A DNA stretch of 64,000 nt, taken from positions 3,919 to 67,918 of the IMG/VR virus record IMGVR_UViG_3300045934_000106. The stretch is one strand, 5' to 3'. The translations under genes were made by a program, and so were the position numbers. Under the pieces are notes generated by a model. It ran no database searches. It saw only the letters and a program-made list of their open reading frames with translations, and was not told the origin of the DNA. Shown one piece after another: positions 1-7,953 of this stretch (its first letter is position 1; each line of letters starts with the position of its first letter). Origin of the DNA: a virus.

Positions 1-210
1 GATGGCCTGCGCGATGTCGCACAGGATATTCTCGCGGCGAGCCTCTCGCCAGATGTCCGCCGCGCTCGTCGCGGTCAACAGCATCCGCCCGTCGACCGTG
101 TGCACTTCCGTGGCGATGGCGCTGCCGAGCATACCGTCGCGCACGCTGACAATGTGCAGCGGGTTCACGGCGCTGCGGCCGCCACCCGTCAATTCAATCC
201 AGATGAACAT
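1..210 (-). CDS. hypothetical protein (partial, runs off the left edge)
   Basis: ATG at 210 after a GGAGG RBS-like sequence; open frame MFIWIELTGGGRSAVNPLHIV... to the window edge. Confidence 0.55.
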   Translation of the reverse strand, partial: MFIWIELTGGGRSAVNPLHIVSVRDGMLGSAIATEVHTVDGRMLLTATSAADIWREARRENILCDIAQAI

Positions 211-214
211 GGGG

Positions 215-421
215 TCAGTCCTCCAGGGATGCGTCCGGGTGAATGATCGTCGCGCCGCCGGAGCGGCACGACAGGCAGGGTTGCAGCCACCGCGGCCCGG
301 CCAGCGAGACCAGATCGTGGTGGCAGTCGAGCGGAGCGCCACACTGCTCACAGCGCGGCGCCACGAGCGGGGGGAACACACGGTCGAGCAGACGGAGATA
401 CCAGCGTCGGATGATGCCCAT
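215..421 (-). CDS. small zinc-finger-like hypothetical protein
   Basis: 68 aa with CEQC and CLSC pairs; tightly packed after the methyltransferase. Confidence 0.55.
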   Translation of the reverse strand: MGIIRRWYLRLLDRVFPPLVAPRCEQCGAPLDCHHDLVSLAGPRWLQPCLSCRSGGATIIHPDASLED

Positions 422-427
422 GGGGGG

Positions 428-3304
428 TTAGGCCGCCTTCCGTGCGCGGTGTCCGAGGTTGGCCGCCAGCAGCGCAGCCGCGACGTGCGGCGGCACGGAG
501 TTGCCACACATCCGAGTCTGCGCCTTCTTCGAGAGCTTCGTGGGCACGGGCAAGCCGAGGTCAGTGACCGTGACGACGTGTTCGATTTCGTAGTCGTGCT
601 CAACGACTAGGCGGATCAAGAGTGAGCTCGCGCTTGACGTTGGCGCGAGAGTGGACCCACCGATGGCATCGAGCACAAAGGAGCACAAGGTTGTCCAGTG
701 CGAGGCGAAGCTCTGGGAAGGTTGCCCATCCGCCGATATGGTGCACTGCGTATCCGGGACCGCGGCGAACCCGGTCCAGGCATCGCCGGCAACAGCCACC
801 GTCTCGCTGGAAGACGGCGCGGCAGGCCCTGAGCCATGGCTTTGATGCGTAGAAAGCAAGCTGCTCTGGCGTACAGCCGCCCTTCCAGTTTGGCGCGCGT
901 GGACCGGTAAAGAATGCTCGCGAGCAAGCATTCGAGCAAAATCGCCGATGTCGGTAGGTAGGGGAAACGAGACGCCCTCGGCCGCAGAACTCGCAGACGA
1001 GGGTGACTTTTCTGGACTGCGTAGCACCAGAACGTGCTGCCCGCAGTCGATACGCGCATTCACGACTACAGGTGCGACGTTGTGGGCTTGAGGCTCGGAC
1101 GAGATGTGGCCGCGCGCAGACTTCGCACGGTCTCGACTCGCGAGGGTTTGGCGGCCGCCCGCCGCCTGGGTTGCGTGGTCGCGCCATACCTGAATCTCCG
1201 CCTCGGTCTTGAAACTAGGAAAACCCTGGCAGCGGAACAGCTCGCGCGGGGTCAGCATGCGCATCCCGATGTCGACGATGGCGTATTCCTCGCCGGCAAT
1301 CGTGACCGTGACCAGCCCGAAGCGCTCCTTGGTGGTGAGCGTGTCCACCGGCGCGTCGAGCGGACGGCCGGAGACGTTGGTCCCGAAGTACTTGACCAGG
1401 AAGGCCGTGACGAGCGCCTTGTTCTCGCGGCAGACGATGGTGTCGACCGGGCGCTGGAGCTTCTGACCGGTGGCCTCGTGACCGCCGTTGTGCTTCGCCA
1501 GGAACGCGGCGACGAGCCCGAAGCGGTTGGAGGTATGCAGGCTGAAGTCGATGCACTCGGCCGCCGTGCGATAGGGCTGGCGCTTCGGGCCGTGCGTGGG
1601 TTTCGGCCACACGATCGGCTGACCATCGAAGCGGACAATGACGAACAATCGCTTGCGGCGCGTCGGGGCGCCGTGCTCGTCAGCCACCAGCTCGCGATAC
1701 TCCACCACGCCGCCGAGGTTCTGGAGACGCGACACCCAGCGACGGAAACTCTGCCCCTTCTTCGCGGCGTTGGGTCGCCCGTCCTTGCCGAGCGGACACC
1801 AATCGCGGAACTCTTCCACGTTCTCCATGAACAGCATGTCGGGCGGGCGTCCGGTCGCTTTCTTCAGCTCGACGACGCAGCGGACCAGCTCCCACGCGAG
1901 CCCACGAACGCGACGCGCGCGGTTGCGGTCGCGGAACGGTCGACCGCCGCGCGCCTTCGAGTGATAGGTGCAGTTGTGCACGATGATGCCGTCCGCGACG
2001 AAGCTCTCGTCTTGGGCGACGCTCAGGTTGTAGACCGTGAACAACTCGGAGCCGGTATGGATGCGTTCGCGGATGGGCGCCCACAGCAGGCCGTCCTCGA
2101 CCGCAGTGTGCGCGTGCGATTCGGTGATGCTCTCGCGCCATTTCACCGACCAGGCTGGACGCACGTTGACGCGCCGCCCAGCGATCTCGTCGGGCTGATT
2201 GGTCCTCAGCACCACGTGCGCGGCGTGACCCAGCGAGGCGACCAGCGCCTTCAGCCCGAACGCGAGCGCCTTGGAAACGGTCGTCGCGATTGTCAGCGGC
2301 GTGCCGACGCCGTGCGCTACGCACCCGTCTCCGGACAGGTAGCCATCCAGAAACCACTGACGCGACTCGACCGACAGCCCAAGCAACCACCCAGGGATGG
2401 TTTTCTCTGCAGCACCGTGGCCGAAGTGCTCACGGAGCCATTCAACTAATCCCCGATGGCTCGTCGAGAACTGATAGGCGGTCCCTGTCTCCCGCTCAGT
2501 CCACGCCAACTCCCCTGACCGGCTGCGTGTGCCAGCGCGTGGCCACTGCGCCAGCGACTCACGGAGGTCGTCCGCCTCGTGGCGTCCGCAGGTGAGGACG
2601 AGTTCTGCGCGCACGTCTGTGAGCCGCGTCCAGCCGTCGGCGACGTAGCGACCGGCAAGCCAAAGCAGTTTGAAGTCGACCTGTAGTTCACGCTCGCGAT
2701 GCACCGGCACCGCAGGCGCAGCCGCCCCTGGGAATGTCGTCGGCGACGCCCAGTACTGGCCGCGCTCAAGGCTCTTCGCAGGCGCCCAGTACGCCTGGCT
2801 CAGGCGCCTCGCCATTCCGGCGCCGCTCGTGCGGTGCTTCACGAGGAAGGGATGCTCTCCACTGACGAACAGGCCGGGGTGACCGAGCCCACGCACCTGG
2901 AGTAGCGGGCGCTCAGTGCTCATCGTGTTCGTGACGCGGCGCCACCGTTGCTCGTGGGTCAGCACTTCCTCGCCAATTTCGATTTCCTCGATCGGCACGT
3001 AGCCGCGTCGCGCGAGCACCATCGTGCCGGCCGGGAAACAGTCAGGCGAGAACCAGGCGAAGCGGCAGTGCTTGCCCGTGAGCAACGTGCCGTAGTCGAC
3101 CGAGCGGATGTTGGTCTGCACGTGGCGCGTCTTCGGATGGTTCGCGGCGTGCATCGCGAGCGCTTCCGCGTCGTGGTTGATGGCCACGTCGGGCGAGCGG
3201 CCGGTGGCCCACTCGATCCCGACCGAGGCGCCACCACCACCCGCGAACCCGTCGATACAGCCTTCGTCGTCGTAGAGCCGGACTTGCGGAACGCGGGGCT
3301 TCAT
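428..3304 (-). CDS. dcm: DNA (cytosine-5) methyltransferase containing an intein and a second ~206-codon insertion
   Basis: Motif I FAGGGG, AINHD, motif IV SPD|C split by the intein, motif VI ENVEEF, motif VIII PTRRKRLF, C-terminal LTPRELFRCQGFP and RMCGNSVPP. Confidence 0.93.
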   Translation of the reverse strand: MKPRVPQVRLYDDEGCIDGFAGGGGASVGIEWATGRSPDVAINHDAEALAMHAANHPKTRHVQTNIRSVDYGTLLTGKHCRFAWFSPDCFPAGTMVLARRGYVPIEEIEIGEEVLTHEQRWRRVTNTMSTERPLLQVRGLGHPGLFVSGEHPFLVKHRTSGAGMARRLSQAYWAPAKSLERGQYWASPTTFPGAAAPAVPVHRERELQVDFKLLWLAGRYVADGWTRLTDVRAELVLTCGRHEADDLRESLAQWPRAGTRSRSGELAWTERETGTAYQFSTSHRGLVEWLREHFGHGAAEKTIPGWLLGLSVESRQWFLDGYLSGDGCVAHGVGTPLTIATTVSKALAFGLKALVASLGHAAHVVLRTNQPDEIAGRRVNVRPAWSVKWRESITESHAHTAVEDGLLWAPIRERIHTGSELFTVYNLSVAQDESFVADGIIVHNCTYHSKARGGRPFRDRNRARRVRGLAWELVRCVVELKKATGRPPDMLFMENVEEFRDWCPLGKDGRPNAAKKGQSFRRWVSRLQNLGGVVEYRELVADEHGAPTRRKRLFVIVRFDGQPIVWPKPTHGPKRQPYRTAAECIDFSLHTSNRFGLVAAFLAKHNGGHEATGQKLQRPVDTIVCRENKALVTAFLVKYFGTNVSGRPLDAPVDTLTTKERFGLVTVTIAGEEYAIVDIGMRMLTPRELFRCQGFPSFKTEAEIQVWRDHATQAAGGRQTLASRDRAKSARGHISSEPQAHNVAPVVVNARIDCGQHVLVLRSPEKSPSSASSAAEGVSFPLPTDIGDFARMLAREHSLPVHARQTGRAAVRQSSLLSTHQSHGSGPAAPSSSETVAVAGDAWTGFAAVPDTQCTISADGQPSQSFASHWTTLCSFVLDAIGGSTLAPTSSASSLLIRLVVEHDYEIEHVVTVTDLGLPVPTKLSKKAQTRMCGNSVPPHVAAALLAANLGHRARKAA
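600..1187 (-). CDS. HNH endonuclease with zinc-finger repeats, nested out of frame inside dcm
   Basis: CxxC pairs, FCSNAC, NWKGG, VFQRDGGCCRRC, VHHI...NLVLLCARCHRWVH; own ATG with a GGAG RBS. Confidence 0.88.
   Translation of the reverse strand: MARPRNPGGGRPPNPRESRPCEVCARPHLVRASSPQRRTCSRECAYRLRAARSGATQSRKVTLVCEFCGRGRLVSPTYRHRRFCSNACSRAFFTGPRAPNWKGGCTPEQLAFYASKPWLRACRAVFQRDGGCCRRCLDRVRRGPGYAVHHIGGWATFPELRLALDNLVLLCARCHRWVHSRANVKRELTLDPPSR
1973..3040 (-). mobile_element. intein with in-frame LAGLIDADG homing endonuclease, inserted just before the catalytic Cys of the methyltransferase
   Basis: Starts CFPAGTMV; block B SGEHPF; LAGLIDADG motifs LAGRYVADG and FLDGYLSGDG; ends VYNLSVAQDESFVADGIIVHN followed by C; splicing restores SPDCTYHSKA. 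Confidence 0.93.
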
Positions 3305-3756
3305 CGGACCAGCTCCTGAATCTTGTCGGCGATCCGCTCGACGTCGGTCGACGTGCTCGGGATGCCGAGGTTGGCCGATTGCATGACGTCACCGAGGCCG
3401 GATACGAGGTCGGCACCCCATGTCGGATTGGCCGTCCCGATGTTCCAGTCGCGCCCGGCGCCGGCAGACACCTGCAGGAACCCCGGGTATTCGACCGTCG
3501 CGGTGATGCCGCGCTTCGCGAGCGCGGCGACCACGGTCTGAAGGTTGACGGATGGCGCGGGTGTGCCGGTACTGAGCACCGGTTCATCGGCCGCCACGCC
3601 CATGTGCGACGTGCCGATCACGAACGTGCACAGGTTTTCCACAGCCTTGAGTTCGGCCAGGAGTTCGGCGTGCTCGTCAGCGCCGTCCGACGTCTGAATC
3701 ACGACGTGGGCCCGGCTGACGATGTCTTGCAACTGGCGGACAGTGAGCGTGTTCAT
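3301..3756 (-). CDS. hypothetical protein
   Basis: 151-aa ORF; its stop overlaps the dcm start (ATGA). Confidence 0.7.
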   Translation of the reverse strand: MNTLTVRQLQDIVSRAHVVIQTSDGADEHAELLAELKAVENLCTFVIGTSHMGVAADEPVLSTGTPAPSVNLQTVVAALAKRGITATVEYPGFLQVSAGAGRDWNIGTANPTWGADLVSGLGDVMQSANLGIPSTSTDVERIADKIQELVR

Positions 3757-3761
3757 GTGAT

Positions 3762-4022
3762 CTACTCCCAGCCGCGCAAGAAGCCGGCGATGTCGGGGCC
3801 CCAGACGTACCGCTGCGTGACGGTGCGACGGCGCGTGGTGAGTCCGACCTTGGCGCGTTCGAGCGGCGCTGACTCACGCACGAGCATGAGATTGACGAGC
3901 ACCGGGGGGATGCCCTCGGCGATGAGCGCGTCCGGCGTATACGCCTCGCGGTGACGCGCGATGAAGGCCAGCACGTTCCGCACGGCCGGCGTCAAGAGCG
4001 GTTGCACTTCTGAGTGTCTCAT
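3762..4022 (-). CDS. hypothetical protein, probably leaderless, first gene of the dcm operon
   Basis: ATG lies 7 nt downstream of a predicted extended -10 box. Confidence 0.65.
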   Translation of the reverse strand: MRHSEVQPLLTPAVRNVLAFIARHREAYTPDALIAEGIPPVLVNLMLVRESAPLERAKVGLTTRRRTVTQRYVWGPDIAGFLRGWE

Positions 4023-4082
4023 GTTGCCAACGGTAACACGGCAGTGTTGCCATTGTCAACTCTACCTGTTGTCATCGGCAAC
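4023..4082. promoter_or_regulatory. divergent promoter region with three palindromic operators (GTTGYC-N3-GKYAAC)
   Basis: GTTGCC-AAC-GGTAAC at 4023-4037, GTTGCC-ATT-GTCAAC at 4046-4060, GTTGTC-ATC-GGCAAC at 4068-4082; leftward -35 TTGACA (4059-4054) and TGnTACCGT -10 (4035-4030). Confidence 0.8.
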
Positions 4083-4096
4083 TCGGGTATGAGAGA

Positions 4097-4330
4097 ATGG
4101 CGGCTATGACGCTGACGCCCTGGACTCAAGCGCAGTGGACCGCCGCCGCGAAAGCGCTCACGCCGAAACGCCTGCGGGCTCGGCGACTACAGCGCCTGCT
4201 CACCCTCGAACAGGTCGGCGACGCGATCGGGGTGAAGCGGTCCACGGTCTCACGGTGGGAAAACGGGGACCGCGACATTCCGCCCCTGGCCCTGCGGTCC
4301 CTGGTGCAGCTACTCGACATCGACATCTAG
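4097..4330 (+). CDS. XRE-family helix-turn-helix regulator
   Basis: LRARRLQRLLTLEQVGDAIGVKRSTVSRWENG. Confidence 0.88.
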   Translation: MAAMTLTPWTQAQWTAAAKALTPKRLRARRLQRLLTLEQVGDAIGVKRSTVSRWENGDRDIPPLALRSLVQLLDIDI

Positions 4331-4797
4331 CGTTCACACGTGCTCCCTAAGCACTCGAAGAACCTCGGCGACCCCGGGATCACGACGCCCCGCATCACCG
4401 TGAGGTCGCCTCCGGGCGGTTCCGCGTTCAACTGTCGGCGCGGTCCGCCTGATCCGGTAATCCCACGACTCGGCCAGATCGCGTGCTCGCTGTTCTCCTT
4501 GAACGTCTTGAGGCGCACCGGCATCGGTGGACAGTCATTGCCGCAACCCACCGTCAGCGGAACGCGCATCCAGAGGTTGACTTCCTCCCCACGGTCGCCA
4601 TAGAGGATGATGACCGCGTTCCCGGTGTCGCCCGTTTGGTCGATCCCGACGCGATCGATGTAGTCGACGCTCCAGCCCGGTTGCACCTCCACGCTGTTGC
4701 GGCCGGCCTGGAACGCGATGATCACGAACGCCGCGAGCGCGACCACGTCGAGAACGATGCGGACCCCTGTTGTTCTCCCTTGCGTTACCTCGTTCAT
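4327..4797 (-). CDS. hypothetical membrane-anchored protein
   Basis: Start MNEVT coupled (ATGA) to the upstream stop; hydrophobic segment IVLDVVALAAFVIIAF. Confidence 0.6.
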   Translation of the reverse strand: MNEVTQGRTTGVRIVLDVVALAAFVIIAFQAGRNSVEVQPGWSVDYIDRVGIDQTGDTGNAVIILYGDRGEEVNLWMRVPLTVGCGNDCPPMPVRLKTFKENSEHAIWPSRGITGSGGPRRQLNAEPPGGDLTVMRGVVIPGSPRFFECLGSTCER

Positions 4798-5240
4798 GAC
4801 TGCTCCTGTGCGTGCTGGTTCTGTGCGTACTCCGGGTGCTTGTCCTTCATGTGCGCGGCGAGCTGCTTGAATGAGCGATGACAGCACGGACAGACGCCGT
4901 GCGCGATGCGCTGCTCCAGACGCTGCTTAGCGGCCTTGGCTTTGCCCGCTTGGATGGCGGCACCTTTCGCGCGTGACTCGGCCCACTGCCGGCTGCTGCG
5001 CTCAGACTCGACGGCTTGGCGCTCGCGCGCGAGCTGCTGTTCTAGCTCGGCGATCCGCTTCTCTTCCTTCGTCTTGTCGAAATAGCCCTGCGAATGCCCG
5101 CTTGGGCAGTAGAACGGCTGATGGTCTTTGCGTCGCTGGTTATCGAAGTCGTTCGGAACGGCGAATATGATCCCGCATCGACAGCACTCCATCACCCACA
5201 GGGCCGGCATCCCGGCCACGTTCGTGATCGTCGATCCCAT
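4794..5240 (-). CDS. zinc-finger/coiled-coil phage protein
   Basis: CCRCGIIF, FYCPSGH, a coiled coil, then CPCC...HMKDKHP; GGAGG RBS. Confidence 0.75.
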   Translation of the reverse strand: MGSTITNVAGMPALWVMECCRCGIIFAVPNDFDNQRRKDHQPFYCPSGHSQGYFDKTKEEKRIAELEQQLARERQAVESERSSRQWAESRAKGAAIQAGKAKAAKQRLEQRIAHGVCPCCHRSFKQLAAHMKDKHPEYAQNQHAQEQS

Positions 5241-5244
5241 GTCC

Positions 5245-5454
5245 CTAGCCTCCAGTCTCCATTTCAAATAAGTTCTGCTGCCCCTTCGGCGGCGCGGCCG
5301 GCACGAGCACCCTGGCGCCCTGGTCGTCACGCAAGCACGGCGGGCCCGGCGAGCTACCCTCCATCCGGATCAACCCCCTGGCGAACGCTTCCATCGTCAG
5401 CTCGCCACGCAGCACGCGATCACGAAACAGGTTCACGCCCGGCTTGTGACTCAC
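5245..5454 (-). CDS. hypothetical protein
   Basis: Fills a tightly packed operon. Confidence 0.45.
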   Translation of the reverse strand: MSHKPGVNLFRDRVLRGELTMEAFARGLIRMEGSSPGPPCLRDDQGARVLVPAAPPKGQQNLFEMETGG

Positions 5455-5460
5455 TGTCGG

Positions 5461-5700
5461 TCACGCCCGATCCTTTCCGCAGCGCGTGCACTGCCAGCGA
5501 CACCGCCGCGTGCGTGGTGGCGCCGACATCAGCGCCACGTAGTGGCCCAACGCCCGGCAGCGCCGCACCCAGGCCGGCGTCTGCCGTTCGATCTCCTCGG
5601 CCCGGCGGTGAAACTCTTCCGCCAGGGCCTCCGGGACGTGGACGGGCTCGTCTTCGTAGTCGTACGCGTCGAGCGCGACGCGGCTCCCGTGGTGACTCAT
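5461..5700 (-). CDS. hypothetical protein with C-terminal CxxC
   Basis: Start coupled to the upstream stop; CRALGH...WQCTRCG. Confidence 0.55.
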   Translation of the reverse strand: MSHHGSRVALDAYDYEDEPVHVPEALAEEFHRRAEEIERQTPAWVRRCRALGHYVALMSAPPRTRRCRWQCTRCGKDRA

Positions 5701-6041
5701 GGCTGGAACCCGCGTTTCGGGCCTTCGGTGTTCGCCCACTCGCGCCAGCTCGTGGCATCGCGCGCCACGTCTGCCGAAGGCGGATCACTGGCCAGGCGAT
5801 ACTCCGCCGTGACGTAGCGACCGCCGCCGAAGCCGTTACGCCCGCGCGAGCAGATATGTACCCATCCGGGCTCCGCCGTGACCTGATACACCGCGATCGT
5901 CTCGTCCGAGCGCGGCGTGTCGGTGAGCTGGTCGAGCGCGTCCCACGTGCCGTCCTTCGCCTGCACCGCCCGTAAGAAGAACGGGGCACGCTTGAGCAGC
6001 AGCGTCACGCCTTCGGCTGGTCCGTCCAAGAAGCGCGTCAT
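5697..6041 (-). CDS. hypothetical protein
   Basis: MTRFLDGPAEG start with ATGA overlap. Confidence 0.7.
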   Translation of the reverse strand: MTRFLDGPAEGVTLLLKRAPFFLRAVQAKDGTWDALDQLTDTPRSDETIAVYQVTAEPGWVHICSRGRNGFGGGRYVTAEYRLASDPPSADVARDATSWREWANTEGPKRGFQP

Positions 6042-6304
6042 TTCCGTCTGAACTCGTCGGCCGCCTGGCAGGTGGCGAAGTGCGACTCCGCGTTCGAGAA
6101 GTAGGCGATGACGCGGTTGGTGCCGGCCTCGCTCTCGCTCTTGCGCGGCACGGCGCCTTTGTCCATCGGCATGCGCTTGCCGTTCAAGGTCTCGTAGTAG
6201 TCGATCTCCGCGCCGCACTTCGTCGACTTGCAGGTGCCAGGCTCTTTGCTGTCCTCGTAGAGCCGAATGAGCACTTCCTTCTTCTGGGGGGTTGCGGTCG
6301 TCAT
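6038..6304 (-). CDS. zinc-binding hypothetical protein
   Basis: CKSTKCGAEI...GKRMPMD...SHFATC; GAGGAGG RBS. Confidence 0.75.
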   Translation of the reverse strand: MTTATPQKKEVLIRLYEDSKEPGTCKSTKCGAEIDYYETLNGKRMPMDKGAVPRKSESEAGTNRVIAYFSNAESHFATCQAADEFRRK

Positions 6305-6462
6305 GTGAGCCTCCTCGTCACGATCCAGCCCGGCGACGAATGCCCGCAGTAGATGCACCGCAGGCAGATGTGTTCGGGTTTAAGGTGGAGCTGCTTGTAG
6401 TGCCCGCCGTTGACGAGCACGCACCAGATCCAACGCCAGCGCTCGCGAAGCCTGGCGATCAC
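6301..6462 (-). CDS. small protein (53 aa, absent from the ORF track)
   Basis: GTG start overlaps the upstream stop and its stop overlaps the next start; ...GGHYKQLH...CLRCIYCGHSSPGW. Confidence 0.6.
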   Translation of the reverse strand: MIARLRERWRWIWCVLVNGGHYKQLHLKPEHICLRCIYCGHSSPGWIVTRRLT

Positions 6463-7301
6463 TTCAGCAGTCCCAGCAGGGCGTCGAGCGCGGCCACCTG
6501 TTTGCGCACGTGCTGCGACTCGTCGACCATCTTCACGGCCGCTTCGCGGATCAACTGCAGACCGGCGACGGTGTCATCGATCAGGCGAATGATGTCGGTG
6601 TCGGGTTCGGGCAGCTCGGTCGTCGGCTCGACCGAGCGGAGAATCGGGGTGGCCTTCGCTGGCATGTCTGTCGTCTCCTGCGCGTCGCCGCGCTCGATGT
6701 CGAGAGCTTTCGTCAGGGTCCGTCGCACCGCCCCCGGCGAGAGCGGTGAGAAGGTGCAGAGCAGGTGTCGGTGTTTCGCCTGTTCGCGCACGTTGTGCGA
6801 CAGGGCGTGTGAGAGCTGGTTCGTGAGCAGGATCGCGCCGACCTCTGCCGGCACAACGCGCGACTGGTCCGAGACCGCCCGCTCCGTGCTCGGCCAGAAG
6901 AGCAGCAGCGGATGCCGCCGCAGCTTGTCGTCAAAGGTGCCGGGCGCAGAGCCCACGATCAGGACGCGGTGCTGCTGGCGCATCACGTCGGCCACTGCGC
7001 ACGCAAACTCGTCGCTCTCGCCGTCCTCTGGGTGCCGATACTTGCCCTCATCGGCGAGGTAGGCCGCGTTCGAGTGATAGCCAGCCGGACGGCGGGTCAA
7101 CTTCTCCGGCCGGCGGACGCCGGACACTAACGCCTCGCTCATCTGGGTGCCACGCCGTGGTTGATTCGCGACGGCCGCCAGCGCGCTCGTGTCGCGCGCT
7201 TCAAGAAACCGGCTCGGCGCGACAACCATAGGCGCATCGGCCGGCGGCTTCGTCATGTCGATCGTGGGCTCGTCGAACAGGCTGGGCGTGTGCTGCTTCA
7301 T
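6459..7301 (-). CDS. hypothetical protein
   Basis: MKQHTPSLF start coupled to the upstream stop. Confidence 0.65.
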   Translation of the reverse strand: MKQHTPSLFDEPTIDMTKPPADAPMVVAPSRFLEARDTSALAAVANQPRRGTQMSEALVSGVRRPEKLTRRPAGYHSNAAYLADEGKYRHPEDGESDEFACAVADVMRQQHRVLIVGSAPGTFDDKLRRHPLLLFWPSTERAVSDQSRVVPAEVGAILLTNQLSHALSHNVREQAKHRHLLCTFSPLSPGAVRRTLTKALDIERGDAQETTDMPAKATPILRSVEPTTELPEPDTDIIRLIDDTVAGLQLIREAAVKMVDESQHVRKQVAALDALLGLLK

Positions 7302-7591
7302 GCCGCCGCCTTCCGTCGCCGCATCCGCTCCATGGCCAGGGTGTAGCCGTTGTGATGGCCGAGCCGGTACGCATCGCCGAGCGTCTTGCAGCTCTTGAGC
7401 GTCACGCGCAGACGTTCGATGAAGCGCTGCCGATTCGTGGCCCATCCTTTCGCGAACGCGCGGCGTGCGCCGTCAGGGTGCATCGCGTGCCAGTGCGTCT
7501 TCGCGCACGACCGGCTGCAATACGTCTTGCGACGCATGATCTGCTTCGCTGAGAGCGGCGCGGTGCACCAGCGGCAAGCCGTGCGCGTCAT
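7298..7591 (-). CDS. zinc-finger hypothetical protein
   Basis: CRWC...YCSRSC; coupled at both ends. Confidence 0.65.
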   Translation of the reverse strand: MTRTACRWCTAPLSAKQIMRRKTYCSRSCAKTHWHAMHPDGARRAFAKGWATNRQRFIERLRVTLKSCKTLGDAYRLGHHNGYTLAMERMRRRKAAA

Positions 7592-7953
7592 CCGTCCTCT
7601 CCCTGTTCGCGGTCGCGATCATTCGCCGCACGCTGCCCGTAATCGAGCGGCACGGCCGTCGTCGCTTTGGTGAGGATGTCGGTGAGTGATTGCTTCGCCA
7701 GCTCCGACACGTTCGATGTGAACGCCTTGGCCGGTGTCGGCTTGGGCACGATGGTGAGGCGCTTCGTAATCGACAGCGCGGGGAGGTTGGCCGGCGGCTC
7801 TTCGCCGAGGGCCTCGTTCGCGCACAGCGCGCAGTAGACGTGCTTGCCGTTCGACACCCACCGGAACGGTTCCCCGGCGCCGATCGTCGTCGTGCAGACG
7901 CTGCGCTGGCACTTCAGGGGCCCGCGCGCGATGTCCCACTTGTGGGGGCTCAT
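7588..7953 (-). CDS. zinc-binding hypothetical protein
   Basis: CQRSVC...YCALCA; coupled at both ends. Confidence 0.65.
   Translation of the reverse strand: MSPHKWDIARGPLKCQRSVCTTTIGAGEPFRWVSNGKHVYCALCANEALGEEPPANLPALSITKRLTIVPKPTPAKAFTSNVSELAKQSLTDILTKATTAVPLDYGQRAANDRDREQGEDG

Noticed and set aside
599-1216. Second canonical intein or group I intron in dcm
   Set aside because: No C-terminal HN/HQ plus nucleophile, no block B TxxH, and almost no non-coding sequence for a ribozyme core
605-1219. CCTAGT direct repeats as a target-site duplication or precise excision boundary
   Set aside because: Deleting between the two copies gives CCT AGT CGT TGA, a stop codon, so it does not restore the methyltransferase frame
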